Part shown: positions 29,201 to 37,668 of the stretch, in pieces | Position numbering within the stretch: the first letter of the stretch is position 1 | How the letters are laid out: every line of letters starts with the position of its first letter | Assembly (NCBI GenBank): GCA_017406465.1 | Contig: JAFQYM010000009.1 | Span: 8,221 to 72,220, forward strand | DNA: 64,000 bases | Origin: Kiritimatiellia bacterium | GTDB lineage: Bacteria > Verrucomicrobiota > Kiritimatiellia > RFP12 > UBA1067 | Direction: 5' to 3' | Made by a program: the position numbers and the translations under genes | Notes under the pieces: model-generated | What the model saw: the letters and a program-made list of their open reading frames with translations, nothing else | Databases searched by the model: none | Told to the model about the DNA's origin: nothing

Positions 29201-31258
29201 AACAGACTTGCGTCCATCATTGAATCGCCTTGAGACATGCAGCTTTATAGTGTTTTCTTGGCTCCACCTAGCAGGACCTGAGACATTAGGGTCTTGGAAC
29301 TTAAATGCGTGAAGGCCTTCGCTACTTGCTATATATTCCAAGAGATGTCGTTGAGAAAGAAAGCGACGTGTCAAATCATTTACTAGTTTTGCGCTGCCAG
29401 CCCATGTAGGGAAATCTGTTGTTGCCGTCGCAGTATAATCCATTCTGTGCTGTATGTACTGATACAAAACTCTGTCATCCGGCATCGTCCCTATATTATG
29501 AGACAACGCCGCCAATACATGACTACCAATATTATGGGAACCATTGCGAGACATTATTGAGCCAATGGCAGACTTTGTATTTGCTATCTTAAGCTTATTC
29601 GTCGCTATTGCATTTCGAACTCCATCAAATACCCGATTAACTGAATTCGACACTAGTTGCAATGCTATTAAATCCAATTTCCTTTTACAACTAAAGACAA
29701 TGCAGCCCTTATCCAACGCATTAGAAGTCTCTGGAACAAGATACACCCATCTATCGTCCCCCTTTAAATAATCTTTTGTCCAATTAGTCAACGCCTCTCC
29801 TCGCTTACGCATTTTGGAAATCGCTTCTCTACTACTATTTTTAAACTTAATAGCAGCATCTTCCTGCGACCATGCCGCTACTACTGGAAATCTTTTCTCG
29901 ATTGATTGGCAATATGGTACCGCGAACTTCCTGAGATTGGAGTCGTCTGAGCACTTAAGAAATAACCTATACGAATCATTGTCACATAAATCATATTCTC
30001 GCAAATTCACTTGAATAGGCTTATCCTCTAACGCACTTAGTAGCCCCTTCTGAAATATATCGACTTCAGCAGACGTGTCAGAAAAAAGAGCCTTCTCTCC
30101 CGAAAATATCATTACATGATTAAGATCAAAGTACTGACCTAAAAGTGAATGCCTCAAAACTTCCCAAACGAAAGAACGAAGAGAACAATCTGAAATATCA
30201 ACAACTTGGATCTTCGCGCATTTATCAACAAGTGCTTCAGTATCTTTCATGAAATTAACTTGCGCAATTGGCGTTAAACGGCAAACTAGATTATCAACTC
30301 CCGCCCTCCAATTCTCATCTATGGCCGGATAGCCAAATTCATTAACGATTTTACCTACTAGACACGGTGCTAGCGACCCACCTTTTCGCAAAACTATTGA
30401 ATCCTTTTCTCCCAACAAATAAACGCCTTTGTGCAACGGCTCTTCACAAAAGACACCCGCAGAAAAACAATCAGCAATCCTATCTCTCGAAAACTTAACA
30501 AATACTTGAAATAAATTCTTCGAGTCAATATCATTGACAAGAGACAAATAGCGAACACTTTTAAATTCAGGTGGGAAATGAACCTCATTATTACCCATGT
30601 CTGTACAAAGAATTGGCAATGCAATATCAGTAAACACAACTGCCGAATTGCTTACCGCGTATTTTAATATATATTCGTAATTGTCACCGTATCCTGTTAC
30701 ATATACAAAATCTCCTTTGCTAAGTATACTTTTTATAGATGTGTTTACCGAGGTGTCCTGATATGCGCAGGGCTTATATTTATACGCAATATGCGGTATC
30801 AATTCCCTGGACAAGGTTTCAAAATGCAACTTAAAAGCATTCTGCATATCTACCTGAGACGAACTGTAAAATATCCTCACAGTAATTTCATTCTCATCAT
30901 TATTACCACTCGTATACATCCTATGTATTTCGCCAATCATTCTTCGTGCAACTAAATACGTTTGATCCGTTGCCGATATCCACCAGCGATAATACTTTAT
31001 CCCAGCGGAAAGAATGATGTCCTCGTTTGTCTGAACAGTCCCCGTGCAGAAAAGAGGGATTCTCTGCGCTTTTGCAATCTTCAAGAGTGCTTCACTCGGC
31101 GTGCCAATTGAAAGAATGCCAGACCAAGATTCACCTAAGATATCACTGCGCAGTGAAGCATCAACGAAACTCTCCCCCTTGTATTTGCCAATTATTACTT
31201 TAGATGAATTATCCAACTCATCATCAGCCATTCCCCTGTAAACCAAAATCTTATTCAT
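26222..31258 (-). CDS. 1678-aa giant protein: PBP1-like N-terminal region, doubled SHNIG His motif, GHKL/HATPase_c-like N-box, internal duplicated roughly 60-aa module, receiver-like C-terminus
   Basis: N-terminus IGTPSEALLKIAKAQRIPLF…GDFVYVTGYGDNYEYILKYA is periplasmic-binding-protein-type-I-like. RNGSHNIGSHVLAALSHNIG at residues 572-590. ENVIRNAAKHG…VDVYDGISNV at residues 738-786. Repeats FLSGKGAVDSLPECYKKQY…GIGKRLW and FLSGKCSVAQLPVFYQEQY…RLGNRLW. C-terminus ILIVDER…FDILIIHQG. ATGA-coupled to the next gene. Confidence 0.6.
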   Translation of the reverse strand: MNKILVYRGMADDELDNSSKVIIGKYKGESFVDASLRSDILGESWSGILSIGTPSEALLKIAKAQRIPLFCTGTVQTNEDIILSAGIKYYRWWISATDQTYLVARRMIGEIHRMYTSGNNDENEITVRIFYSSSQVDMQNAFKLHFETLSRELIPHIAYKYKPCAYQDTSVNTSIKSILSKGDFVYVTGYGDNYEYILKYAVSNSAVVFTDIALPILCTDMGNNEVHFPPEFKSVRYLSLVNDIDSKNLFQVFVKFSRDRIADCFSAGVFCEEPLHKGVYLLGEKDSIVLRKGGSLAPCLVGKIVNEFGYPAIDENWRAGVDNLVCRLTPIAQVNFMKDTEALVDKCAKIQVVDISDCSLRSFVWEVLRHSLLGQYFDLNHVMIFSGEKALFSDTSAEVDIFQKGLLSALEDKPIQVNLREYDLCDNDSYRLFLKCSDDSNLRKFAVPYCQSIEKRFPVVAAWSQEDAAIKFKNSSREAISKMRKRGEALTNWTKDYLKGDDRWVYLVPETSNALDKGCIVFSCKRKLDLIALQLVSNSVNRVFDGVRNAIATNKLKIANTKSAIGSIMSRNGSHNIGSHVLAALSHNIGTMPDDRVLYQYIQHRMDYTATATTDFPTWAGSAKLVNDLTRRFLSQRHLLEYIASSEGLHAFKFQDPNVSGPARWSQENTIKLHVSRRFNDGRKSVEFITYSDDPIVENASNVANAKKSVRDNDKFSSDLAVALPGGIVGSHAFFTILENVIRNAAKHGWSKFKGEKTNLDVYVDFAADDDGRAVLVDVYDGISNVFATFDDYWMVDKDLLKWFEECRDVLQRLTRDERMQISKFLSGKGAVDSLPECYKKQYLLLKNRDKDAIEKIERWLVGEASSDGGIGKRLWTSHTTDESLKRWYETYKEALQTSLLPSEQECIAEFLSGKCSVAQLPVFYQEQYACLLKYNENELKRIAGRLIGDVPGDGRLGNRLWMPLHHCQQIRIEKPFIDETGSLRRENWGLAEMKISAGYLNKRSISDIGGMSKGIPIITPIRANEDHLGYHFTIPRPRDIAFVCDTTGVNVDIIKELRTLGVFVVPPPKDGRFVKPKNDSEEDWNYSFVVLPKFPSQADPHLPFRVLANDNSGKVDMVPNASGFYDDVLKDLQNGTISAEAVAKKLKVKAIKAWITYWSETRRRFDSGLPALRVLTTEVGSSGNPGQGLVSNLDVWNFVFKEMFRSIVGNLLKDGELRPNIIADEVYWYLALIVAMPKTLDINGNVFGFVGENEILRKKINDVKADADYSERELIFKVLDGWFSVLQGILRDTPDGLLQGFAAFAEKYKLRRMAAVDNKKGLEAVYAIALKYHAKVSEALGNNASDFKIRQGNPLYQGNAVNKSNGMPMFVKDLCSAYRESDVMLRKYEERIITLPCCFGEDLNDEIKGNSGGEGVDGVDNKIVQELGISLVYNEKDAEWNEGKSIAFMRHATSDDFNQDKMLYLEPLSGTQSYLNDMMMLGQNESVYQRLTNYHLIAKMYETGLSRILIVDERVSKFLRNRSDEIKTFCRMGIWCVDETKFGEEKIGLDSLITLDKGRFDAFLRYAIVNGSSATNCEELPLRDWRFDILIIHQGLIDKWLPHVGTDCGKVESFIKRLKEFVPYVVITTGRGTPANIPDSARILPFSVVETALFKKYPEKMVLVDTIMNILPIGEHK

Positions 31259-31278
31259 AGTAAATCATCCACGCTTAC

Positions 31279-32430
31279 TTATTTGATATTTTGGCCAATT
31301 TCTTCATCCAAAACAACTTCTTGTCCATTAGAATCAAATCCAACAACTATTAATGGAAAGAAAATCTCTCCCTGAGAATCATATGAAATTTCACCCACGA
31401 TAGAATGATATTTGCTTATACGCCGAAATCCTTCTATCAATTTATCACTAGATTTGGCATTTTTATACGCCTCATTATACAACATCAGTGCTTCATATGC
31501 AAAAGCGCCAACAATTGTAGGTTCTCTCCCATAAGCACGGGAATATTCATTTACAAACGCTATCCGCTCCGGAGTATTTATTTTCACGCCAAATTCTGTA
31601 TCAAGAAAGATGATATTAGATAAATCTTTTACATGAGAACGCTGATCAGAAGCAACCAATGATATTTCTGTCAAGATCTTACCACTAAACCGACACTCCT
31701 TTAAATAGTTCAAAGAAGATATATAAGCTGGACCAAAACCTGTTATAAAAATGGCATCAGGCTTTGAATCTACCAATTTCATAATTTGAGCCTTGACATC
31801 AACATCACTAATATCAAAGCGTTCTATGGGATACACAACACCATCTTTCCCATATTGAGATTTAAATATTGAAATCGCATCATCTCCACTTTGATCATTG
31901 ATTGCGAAGACTGCAATTCTATTAATTTTCAATATGTCATGTGCATATTTAGCCATAACTTTTGCCTGAAGAGCTACAGGAATCCACGCACGAAAAACCA
32001 AATCACTTAATTTCGTTACATCAGACGCACCAGTACCAAAGGCAACCAACGGCATATGCTCCTCATTCAACCGTGGAATAAACTGCGATACAGGCGTATT
32101 CCCGAAAGCCAGAACCCCCTTTAGCCGCTTCATTTGCAAAAGGCGAGCAAATGCCAACACAGTATCTTTGGAGGTGTATCTTCCATCCTCTACAATCAGC
32201 TCAAACGGTTGTTCATTACCAAACCGTCCTTCTAATTTCTGCTCTGCTATCTTTATGGAATTAAATATTTCCTGCCCCATTACAGAAACAGAACCCGTCA
32301 ATGGCAGGATCGCTCCAATCCGAATTACATCATCTGGTGCGGACTTATTCGTTGCCTTGTACGCCAGTAACGACACAATGCCAATCAGCACGACTGCGCC
32401 AATCGCAATCAGCAACTTATTTTTCTTCAT
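31279..32430 (-). CDS. Periplasmic binding protein, type I (LivK/LivJ-like ligand-binding protein), N-terminally anchored
   Basis: Signal/anchor MKKNKLLIAIGAVVLIGIVSLLAY. PBP1 core RIGAILPLTGSVSVMGQE…GVLAFGNTPV…IAVFAINDQSGDD. RBS AAAGGAAAAC. Very AT-rich. Confidence 0.75.
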   Translation of the reverse strand: MKKNKLLIAIGAVVLIGIVSLLAYKATNKSAPDDVIRIGAILPLTGSVSVMGQEIFNSIKIAEQKLEGRFGNEQPFELIVEDGRYTSKDTVLAFARLLQMKRLKGVLAFGNTPVSQFIPRLNEEHMPLVAFGTGASDVTKLSDLVFRAWIPVALQAKVMAKYAHDILKINRIAVFAINDQSGDDAISIFKSQYGKDGVVYPIERFDISDVDVKAQIMKLVDSKPDAIFITGFGPAYISSLNYLKECRFSGKILTEISLVASDQRSHVKDLSNIIFLDTEFGVKINTPERIAFVNEYSRAYGREPTIVGAFAYEALMLYNEAYKNAKSSDKLIEGFRRISKYHSIVGEISYDSQGEIFFPLIVVGFDSNGQEVVLDEEIGQNIK

Positions 32431-32452
32431 TTTTTGTTTTCCTTTCTTGTGT

Positions 32453-32719
32453 TCAAATGATTCCCAGCGCCTTTGCGCGCCACTCGCGGGCTTTGGACAG
32501 ATCCTGCGGGACGCCGCAACCAGATTCATAGCAGGATGCAAGCTGTCGCATGCAGTTCGCGTTTCCCAATTGCGCACCACGCATGAAGCACTCAATGGCC
32601 TTCTGCACGTCGACGACATTCTCGTTGGCGTCATCAAACAGGTATCGCATACCCGCCGCCCATTCGGCATCTCCATCGGTTTTGGGCGTGAAGTTCTTAA
32701 CCCAGTTCGTATCACCCAT
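32453..32719 (-). CDS. Sel1-repeat protein (88 aa)
   Basis: Two Sel1-like repeats: AAGMRYLFDDANENVVDVQKAIECFMRGAQLGN and MRQLASCYESGCGVPQDLSKAREWRAKA. RBS GGGAGG. Confidence 0.6.
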   Translation of the reverse strand: MGDTNWVKNFTPKTDGDAEWAAGMRYLFDDANENVVDVQKAIECFMRGAQLGNANCMRQLASCYESGCGVPQDLSKAREWRAKALGII

Positions 32720-32844
32720 TGGAGGCCTCCCTCTTTTTGGAGGTCAGACAGGCCTTAAGTCCACGGCACTCAGCCATGAACTCACCCAGCACGCTTGATA
32801 TGAAGATTCGGTATTTCATCACAAGGCATTATATCCTTTTCCCC

Positions 32845-34227
32845 TTACGTCCGCCATTCTTCCTGAACCTCCTTAAGGCATCGACCCTCCGCCGTCTTCC
32901 AATCGAGACGCCCGTTAGACGGACGGCCCGAAACAACCGAGGATGCCGCAGACGGGGATGCGAATTCATAATCTCGCGCAAAAATTCTATCAACAATCAC
33001 ACCCTCCGCCTCCAATTGCTTGCGTAACCGATAATAGCTGGGCGTATGATTCCTCAACGATGGCACAGCCCTGATAGACACTCGCGATCCTGCGACAACG
33101 ATGAATCCAGACTCGCTAATCCGCCCTCGCGCCTTAGCACCGGAAATGTCGCAAGTAAAGTCCCCAGGCTGGATTTTCTTGTCGCCATCAAAAAAACGCT
33201 CCCGCACCGTATTGCAGACTTTTTCCACAGATTGAACCATGTCTCTAAACTCCACAGGAAGACGTCGCGTCGTATAGCGAGCAATCCCTATTGGTGCGCT
33301 TTCGCCTTGCAAAGCATATTTTGCCACGACAGCATCGCGCTCCTTGCATAGCAACAGCCCTATCGTCTGCCCATCCCACTCATGCTTCAACTGGTTGTCC
33401 ACAGCCGTCATGTAAAAACGCAACTGACTCAAGTTTTCTGGCTGGAACTCGCCAACCTTCAATTCAATAACAAGATAACGACGCAACCCCAAATGATAGA
33501 AAATCAGGTCGGGATAAAACTCGCGCTCTCCCACCTGGAATCGGACTTGATGGCCCACATAGGCAAAACCTTGACCAAGCTCCATTAATGTTTCCGAGAT
33601 ATGTGAGATTAGCGCCCGCTCAATGTCGCGCTCCTGTGCGGTCTCCGCTATCTCCGCAAATGCAAAATGATATGGGTCTCGTATGGTTTCGCGTATCAAG
33701 TCACTGTCGTTAGGCGGCATCGTCAATGCAAAGTTGTTTATCCCTCGCCCATACCGTTCGAAAAGATTCGTGTCCAAATGGTTCAAAAGCGCATTGCGAC
33801 TCCACCCGTGTTCAAGCGTCTTTTGAACGTAAAACAACGCCTTTGCGCTATTCCCACCGCATCTGTCGATTATGAATCTATGATGCCCCCACGGAACCTT
33901 AATCAAAATTTCCACAACTTGTGGAAGATTTGGCTGCTCGAAATACAATTCATAAAACCGCTGGCAATATCGCAGGTTTATAGGCGAAAGTCCGCTTGCA
34001 TTCTGAAGTTCCGATTGCAAATCCCTGCTTAACGTAACAAAGAAACGCGACCCATAGTACGCCGTGCCGACATAACGCTCACGAATATCCTTCCCCAACC
34101 TCCAATAAAACTCCATCAAAGCACCATTAACAGAAACTGCCGCACGAATCTGCAGCTGCCGATAGCAAGATTTCAAATCTGCTATCCAAGTTCGATATGC
34201 GTCATCCATTGCAATCAATTCACCCAT
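32845..34227 (-). CDS. YhcG-like PD-(D/E)XK nuclease (DUF1016) with a C-terminal DUF4357-like domain
   Basis: Core FYPDLIFYHLGLRRYLVIELKVGEF. C-terminal GFIVVAGSRVSIRAVPSL…YRLRKQLEAEGVI. Start at the internal Met with GAGGAGA RBS. Confidence 0.7.
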   Translation of the reverse strand: MGELIAMDDAYRTWIADLKSCYRQLQIRAAVSVNGALMEFYWRLGKDIRERYVGTAYYGSRFFVTLSRDLQSELQNASGLSPINLRYCQRFYELYFEQPNLPQVVEILIKVPWGHHRFIIDRCGGNSAKALFYVQKTLEHGWSRNALLNHLDTNLFERYGRGINNFALTMPPNDSDLIRETIRDPYHFAFAEIAETAQERDIERALISHISETLMELGQGFAYVGHQVRFQVGEREFYPDLIFYHLGLRRYLVIELKVGEFQPENLSQLRFYMTAVDNQLKHEWDGQTIGLLLCKERDAVVAKYALQGESAPIGIARYTTRRLPVEFRDMVQSVEKVCNTVRERFFDGDKKIQPGDFTCDISGAKARGRISESGFIVVAGSRVSIRAVPSLRNHTPSYYRLRKQLEAEGVIVDRIFARDYEFASPSAASSVVSGRPSNGRLDWKTAEGRCLKEVQEEWRT

Positions 34228-34240
34228 CGCTTCGGTCTCC

Positions 34241-34954
34241 TCACTCGAAATAGTTCTTTGACAGCCAGTTCGGATCGAGGAACTGGCGGGAATCGGATGT
34301 CTCGGCCTTGACCTCGCCCTGCGACAGGAACACGGCACGATCAATCCATGAAAGCAGGTCAAGGCGGTGCTCAACCATCACAATCGCGCGTTTCGCATCC
34401 TCCTTCGCGAAGCGGCGGACGCGCTCGATGATGTCCTGCGCAGACTTGGGCGAAAGCCCTGCGGACGGCTCGTCCAAGAGGTAGAGTCGTTGTGGACGCA
34501 TGAACACCATCGCGAGCGCAAGCGCCTGACGCTGCCCGCCAGAAAGAGAACCTGCACGCTGTCCGAGCTTCGGCACAAGGAAGTCGAATAGCGCGAGCAT
34601 CTCGTCCCTTGCAGCGGCGTATACCGTCTTAGGAAGTGACATCCCAGCAAGCTGCAAATTTTCCTCTACAGTCTGTCCAGGAAAGATGTTGTCCGTCTGG
34701 CGCAGATAGCCGAGTCCAAGGCGTACACGCTCCTCTACCGACTTGCCCATCAGCGATTCACCGCCCAATGCAATATCGCCCGCCGTAAGCGGCAACGCAC
34801 CTACCGTCGCCTTGAGGAGCGTCGATTTCCCGCAACCGTTCGGTCCCGCGATCAGCACAGCGTCCCCCTCGCGCACCGTAAGACTCACGTCATTCAGCAC
34901 CGGCCTCTCGCCATAGCCGCAGGAGAGATGGTCTATCTTGAGCAGTTCACTCAT
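34241..34954 (-). CDS. livF: Branched-chain amino acid ABC transporter ATP-binding protein LivF
   Basis: Walker A GPNGCGKST, LSGGQRQALALA, DEPSAGL. Typical LivF length. Operon order H-M-G-F. Confidence 0.85.
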   Translation of the reverse strand: MSELLKIDHLSCGYGERPVLNDVSLTVREGDAVLIAGPNGCGKSTLLKATVGALPLTAGDIALGGESLMGKSVEERVRLGLGYLRQTDNIFPGQTVEENLQLAGMSLPKTVYAAARDEMLALFDFLVPKLGQRAGSLSGGQRQALALAMVFMRPQRLYLLDEPSAGLSPKSAQDIIERVRRFAKEDAKRAIVMVEHRLDLLSWIDRAVFLSQGEVKAETSDSRQFLDPNWLSKNYFE

Positions 34955-35763
34955 ATCGCCATCCCTCCCGACAAGCCCATGTAGAGTTCACGCACGGCAG
35001 GGTTCTCCAGAACCTCCTTCTGCGTGCCGTGCGTATGGACGGTTCCCTCGTGCAAAAAGTAGATGTAATCCGCGAGATCGCGCACCACGCCCATGTTGTG
35101 CTCGATAAGTGCAATAGTCAGCTTCTGCTCCGCGACAAGGCTGCGGATCAAATCAACCATCTTCTTCGTCATCGCCGGCGAAAGCGCCGCCGTCGGCTCG
35201 TCCAAGAGAAGAAGCGCAGGGCGCAGCGCGACGATACGCGCAAGCGCGAGAAGCTTCTGCTGTCCGTAGGAAAGCTCGCCAGCCGGCTCGTCCGCCTTGT
35301 CCGCAAGCCCCACGAACTCCAGCCACTTCATCGCGCGTTCACGGCGATCCTTCTCGCGCGCCTCTGCACGCCACCACGCAAGCGTCGTCGCAAGCGAGTA
35401 GTCGCTACGGTGCAGGAACGCGACTTCAATGTTCTCGGCGACGGAGAGTGCGGGAAACACACGCACGTCCTGGAATAGCCGCCCGACATGCCTCCGCGCA
35501 ATCTTGTAAGGCGGCAAGCCCGTGACGTCCATACCGTTCAGAAAAACCCTGCCGGAATCCGGCGCGAGGTTCCCGCCGATTACATGGAAAAGCGTTGTCT
35601 TGCCCGCACCGTTCGGGCCAACGAGCGCTGTGACCTGTCCGACCTTGCACGTCAGATTGACGTTTTGAAGCGCGACAAAAGAGCCAAAGCTCTTCGCCAC
35701 GTTCTCGACCCGCAGTTCGACGGGCTGGATGATGCGCGGATCGCTATTTGATTGCATACGCAC
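34951..35763 (-). CDS. livG: Branched-chain amino acid ABC transporter ATP-binding protein LivG
   Basis: Walker A GPNGAGKTT, LSYGQQKLLALARIV, LLLDEPTAAL. Confidence 0.85.
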   Translation of the reverse strand: MRMQSNSDPRIIQPVELRVENVAKSFGSFVALQNVNLTCKVGQVTALVGPNGAGKTTLFHVIGGNLAPDSGRVFLNGMDVTGLPPYKIARRHVGRLFQDVRVFPALSVAENIEVAFLHRSDYSLATTLAWWRAEAREKDRRERAMKWLEFVGLADKADEPAGELSYGQQKLLALARIVALRPALLLLDEPTAALSPAMTKKMVDLIRSLVAEQKLTIALIEHNMGVVRDLADYIYFLHEGTVHTHGTQKEVLENPAVRELYMGLSGGMAI

Positions 35764-36613
35764 CTGCCAGTCCTTTGGGTTTCATGTAGATGAGAACGAT
35801 CAGCAACACGCCGTAGATGATCTCGCGAAGATTCGCCGCAATGGCGTCCGGCAGCCCCACAAACCGCAAAAGCTCGGGCAGGATGACCATGAACGCAACG
35901 CCCGCCATCGGCCCTTTCAAGTTGCCAGATCCGCCTACGAGCAGAATACAGGCAATAAAGATGGACTCTGTGAGCGTAAAGCTCGTCGGGTCGATATAAG
36001 TGATGTAGCTTGCAAAGCACACGCCAGGCACGGCCGCCACCGCCGCCGAAAAGACCATTGCGCGGATGTACTGCCCCTTCGGGCATATCGCCAGCGTCTG
36101 CGCCGCCGCCTCATCGTCGCGGAGCGCCTTGAGAGAAAGCGCGAACGGGCTATTGCAGACGAGGTGCATGAAACCCAGCACAAGCACGAAGAGAACGAGC
36201 GTAAAAAGGAAGTAGGCAGGCACCGACTCTATACCAATACCAAAGAACAACGGACGCGGAATGCCAGAAATACCATACGGCCCACGCGTTAGGTCTGTCC
36301 AGTTGTAGAGCGTGACATAAACGATCATCTGGAAACCGATGGTCGCCAGTACGAACGCTTCGTTTCTGAAGCGGAGCGCAGCATGACCGAATAGCCAGCC
36401 GACAAGCGCACAAAGCGCGATGGCCGCAGGAAGCGTCACGAAAAATGGCAAACCAAGCTTAAGCGACAGAAGTGCGTATGTGTAAGCACCAAGTCCATAA
36501 AACGCCGCCTGTGCCATCGTGAGGAGCCCACCGAATCCAATGAGCAGATTTGCCGAGAGGGCCAGCATCCCGTAGATACCCAGCATCACGCCGATGTGGA
36601 GAAGATAGTTCAT
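35744..36613 (-). CDS. livM: Branched-chain amino acid ABC transporter permease LivM
   Basis: Polytopic permease, overlapping neighbours in the H-M-G-F arrangement. Confidence 0.8.
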   Translation of the reverse strand: MNYLLHIGVMLGIYGMLALSANLLIGFGGLLTMAQAAFYGLGAYTYALLSLKLGLPFFVTLPAAIALCALVGWLFGHAALRFRNEAFVLATIGFQMIVYVTLYNWTDLTRGPYGISGIPRPLFFGIGIESVPAYFLFTLVLFVLVLGFMHLVCNSPFALSLKALRDDEAAAQTLAICPKGQYIRAMVFSAAVAAVPGVCFASYITYIDPTSFTLTESIFIACILLVGGSGNLKGPMAGVAFMVILPELLRFVGLPDAIAANLREIIYGVLLIVLIYMKPKGLAGAYAIK

Positions 36614-37494
36614 TTCGCCTCCTCCAATCGCTTGCTGACACCAAAGAGCCCCTGCGGACGAAAGAGTAGCACAAAGATCAGAACACCAAATGTGACGAGA
36701 TCAGTCCAGCGAGCCGAGAACTTCCATACGGCAAGACTCTGCAACACCGAGAGTAGCATCGCCCCTGCGCCCCACGCCCAATAGCGATCGGTTCCGCCAA
36801 AGAACACGGCGACCGAACCAAGCAGAAGATAGTGCATGCCGACATGCGGATCCATGCCGATGTCCCAAGAGATCAACATCGCGGCAATCGCGACCAGAAT
36901 TCCGCCAATGGACATCACAAGAAGACGAAGCCGCATAAGCGGCAAACCAAGGACGGGCAGCAACTCGGGCTGGTCGCCCATTGCCCACAACGCCTTGAAC
37001 CACTTGCCAAAGCGTACAGCCACACCCACGGCAGCGAACACACCGATCCCGACGAAGAACTGCAAGAGCTGGATGCGCGTAAATCTGAGCCCCGAAAATA
37101 CGATGGACGGTTCCAACTGGTTGGAGATCGTCTTCACCTCGTTTCCGAAAGCAAGAGCAATTAAGTTTTCCACGACGATCATCACGCCAAGCGAAGCAAT
37201 CATCACCACGCCTGACGAACAGCCCTTGTGGAAGAACGGACGGTACACCGCCCATTCAATCGCCGCCGCAAACAGGACCGAGAGCGCCAGCGTTCCGCAT
37301 ACGGCGAGCGCCAGCGGCAGTCTCAGCATTGTTGCGCACAGATAGAAGGCGTAGCATGAAAAGACGAACTGTGCCCCCATCGCGATGTGAAACACTCGGA
37401 ACGACCTATAGACGAAACCGAACCCGGCTGCGTAGAGCATCGCAACCGCGCCCTGCACGATCCCGTTTCCTAGTAGCTGGGCAAAAAGATTCAT
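36610..37494 (-). CDS. livH: Branched-chain amino acid ABC transporter permease LivH
   Basis: Polytopic permease, first gene of the operon. TGGTATAAT -10 about 20 nt upstream. Confidence 0.8.
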   Translation of the reverse strand: MNLFAQLLGNGIVQGAVAMLYAAGFGFVYRSFRVFHIAMGAQFVFSCYAFYLCATMLRLPLALAVCGTLALSVLFAAAIEWAVYRPFFHKGCSSGVVMIASLGVMIVVENLIALAFGNEVKTISNQLEPSIVFSGLRFTRIQLLQFFVGIGVFAAVGVAVRFGKWFKALWAMGDQPELLPVLGLPLMRLRLLVMSIGGILVAIAAMLISWDIGMDPHVGMHYLLLGSVAVFFGGTDRYWAWGAGAMLLSVLQSLAVWKFSARWTDLVTFGVLIFVLLFRPQGLFGVSKRLEEAK

Positions 37495-37511
37495 AATGCC
37501 AATGTGGTGAC

Positions 37512-37522
37512 ATTATACCATA
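37512..37522 (-). promoter_or_regulatory. Extended -10 element TATGGTATAAT upstream of livH
   Basis: Reverse complement of attataccata. About 20 nt upstream of the livH ATG. Confidence 0.5.
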
Positions 37523-37572
37523 TATATAGTTTCCGATGGTAGTAAACGAAAAACCTAATATTGCCACGGGAA

Positions 37573-37649
<77 letters not shown>

Positions 37650-37668
37650 TGTCGAAAAGACGGGTGAT

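Noticed and set aside
14922-34227. Integrase, transposase or IS elements that would explain the island
   Set aside because: None of the ORFs shows integrase (R..H..R..Y) or DDE transposase motifs. The mobilisation mechanism stays unknown.
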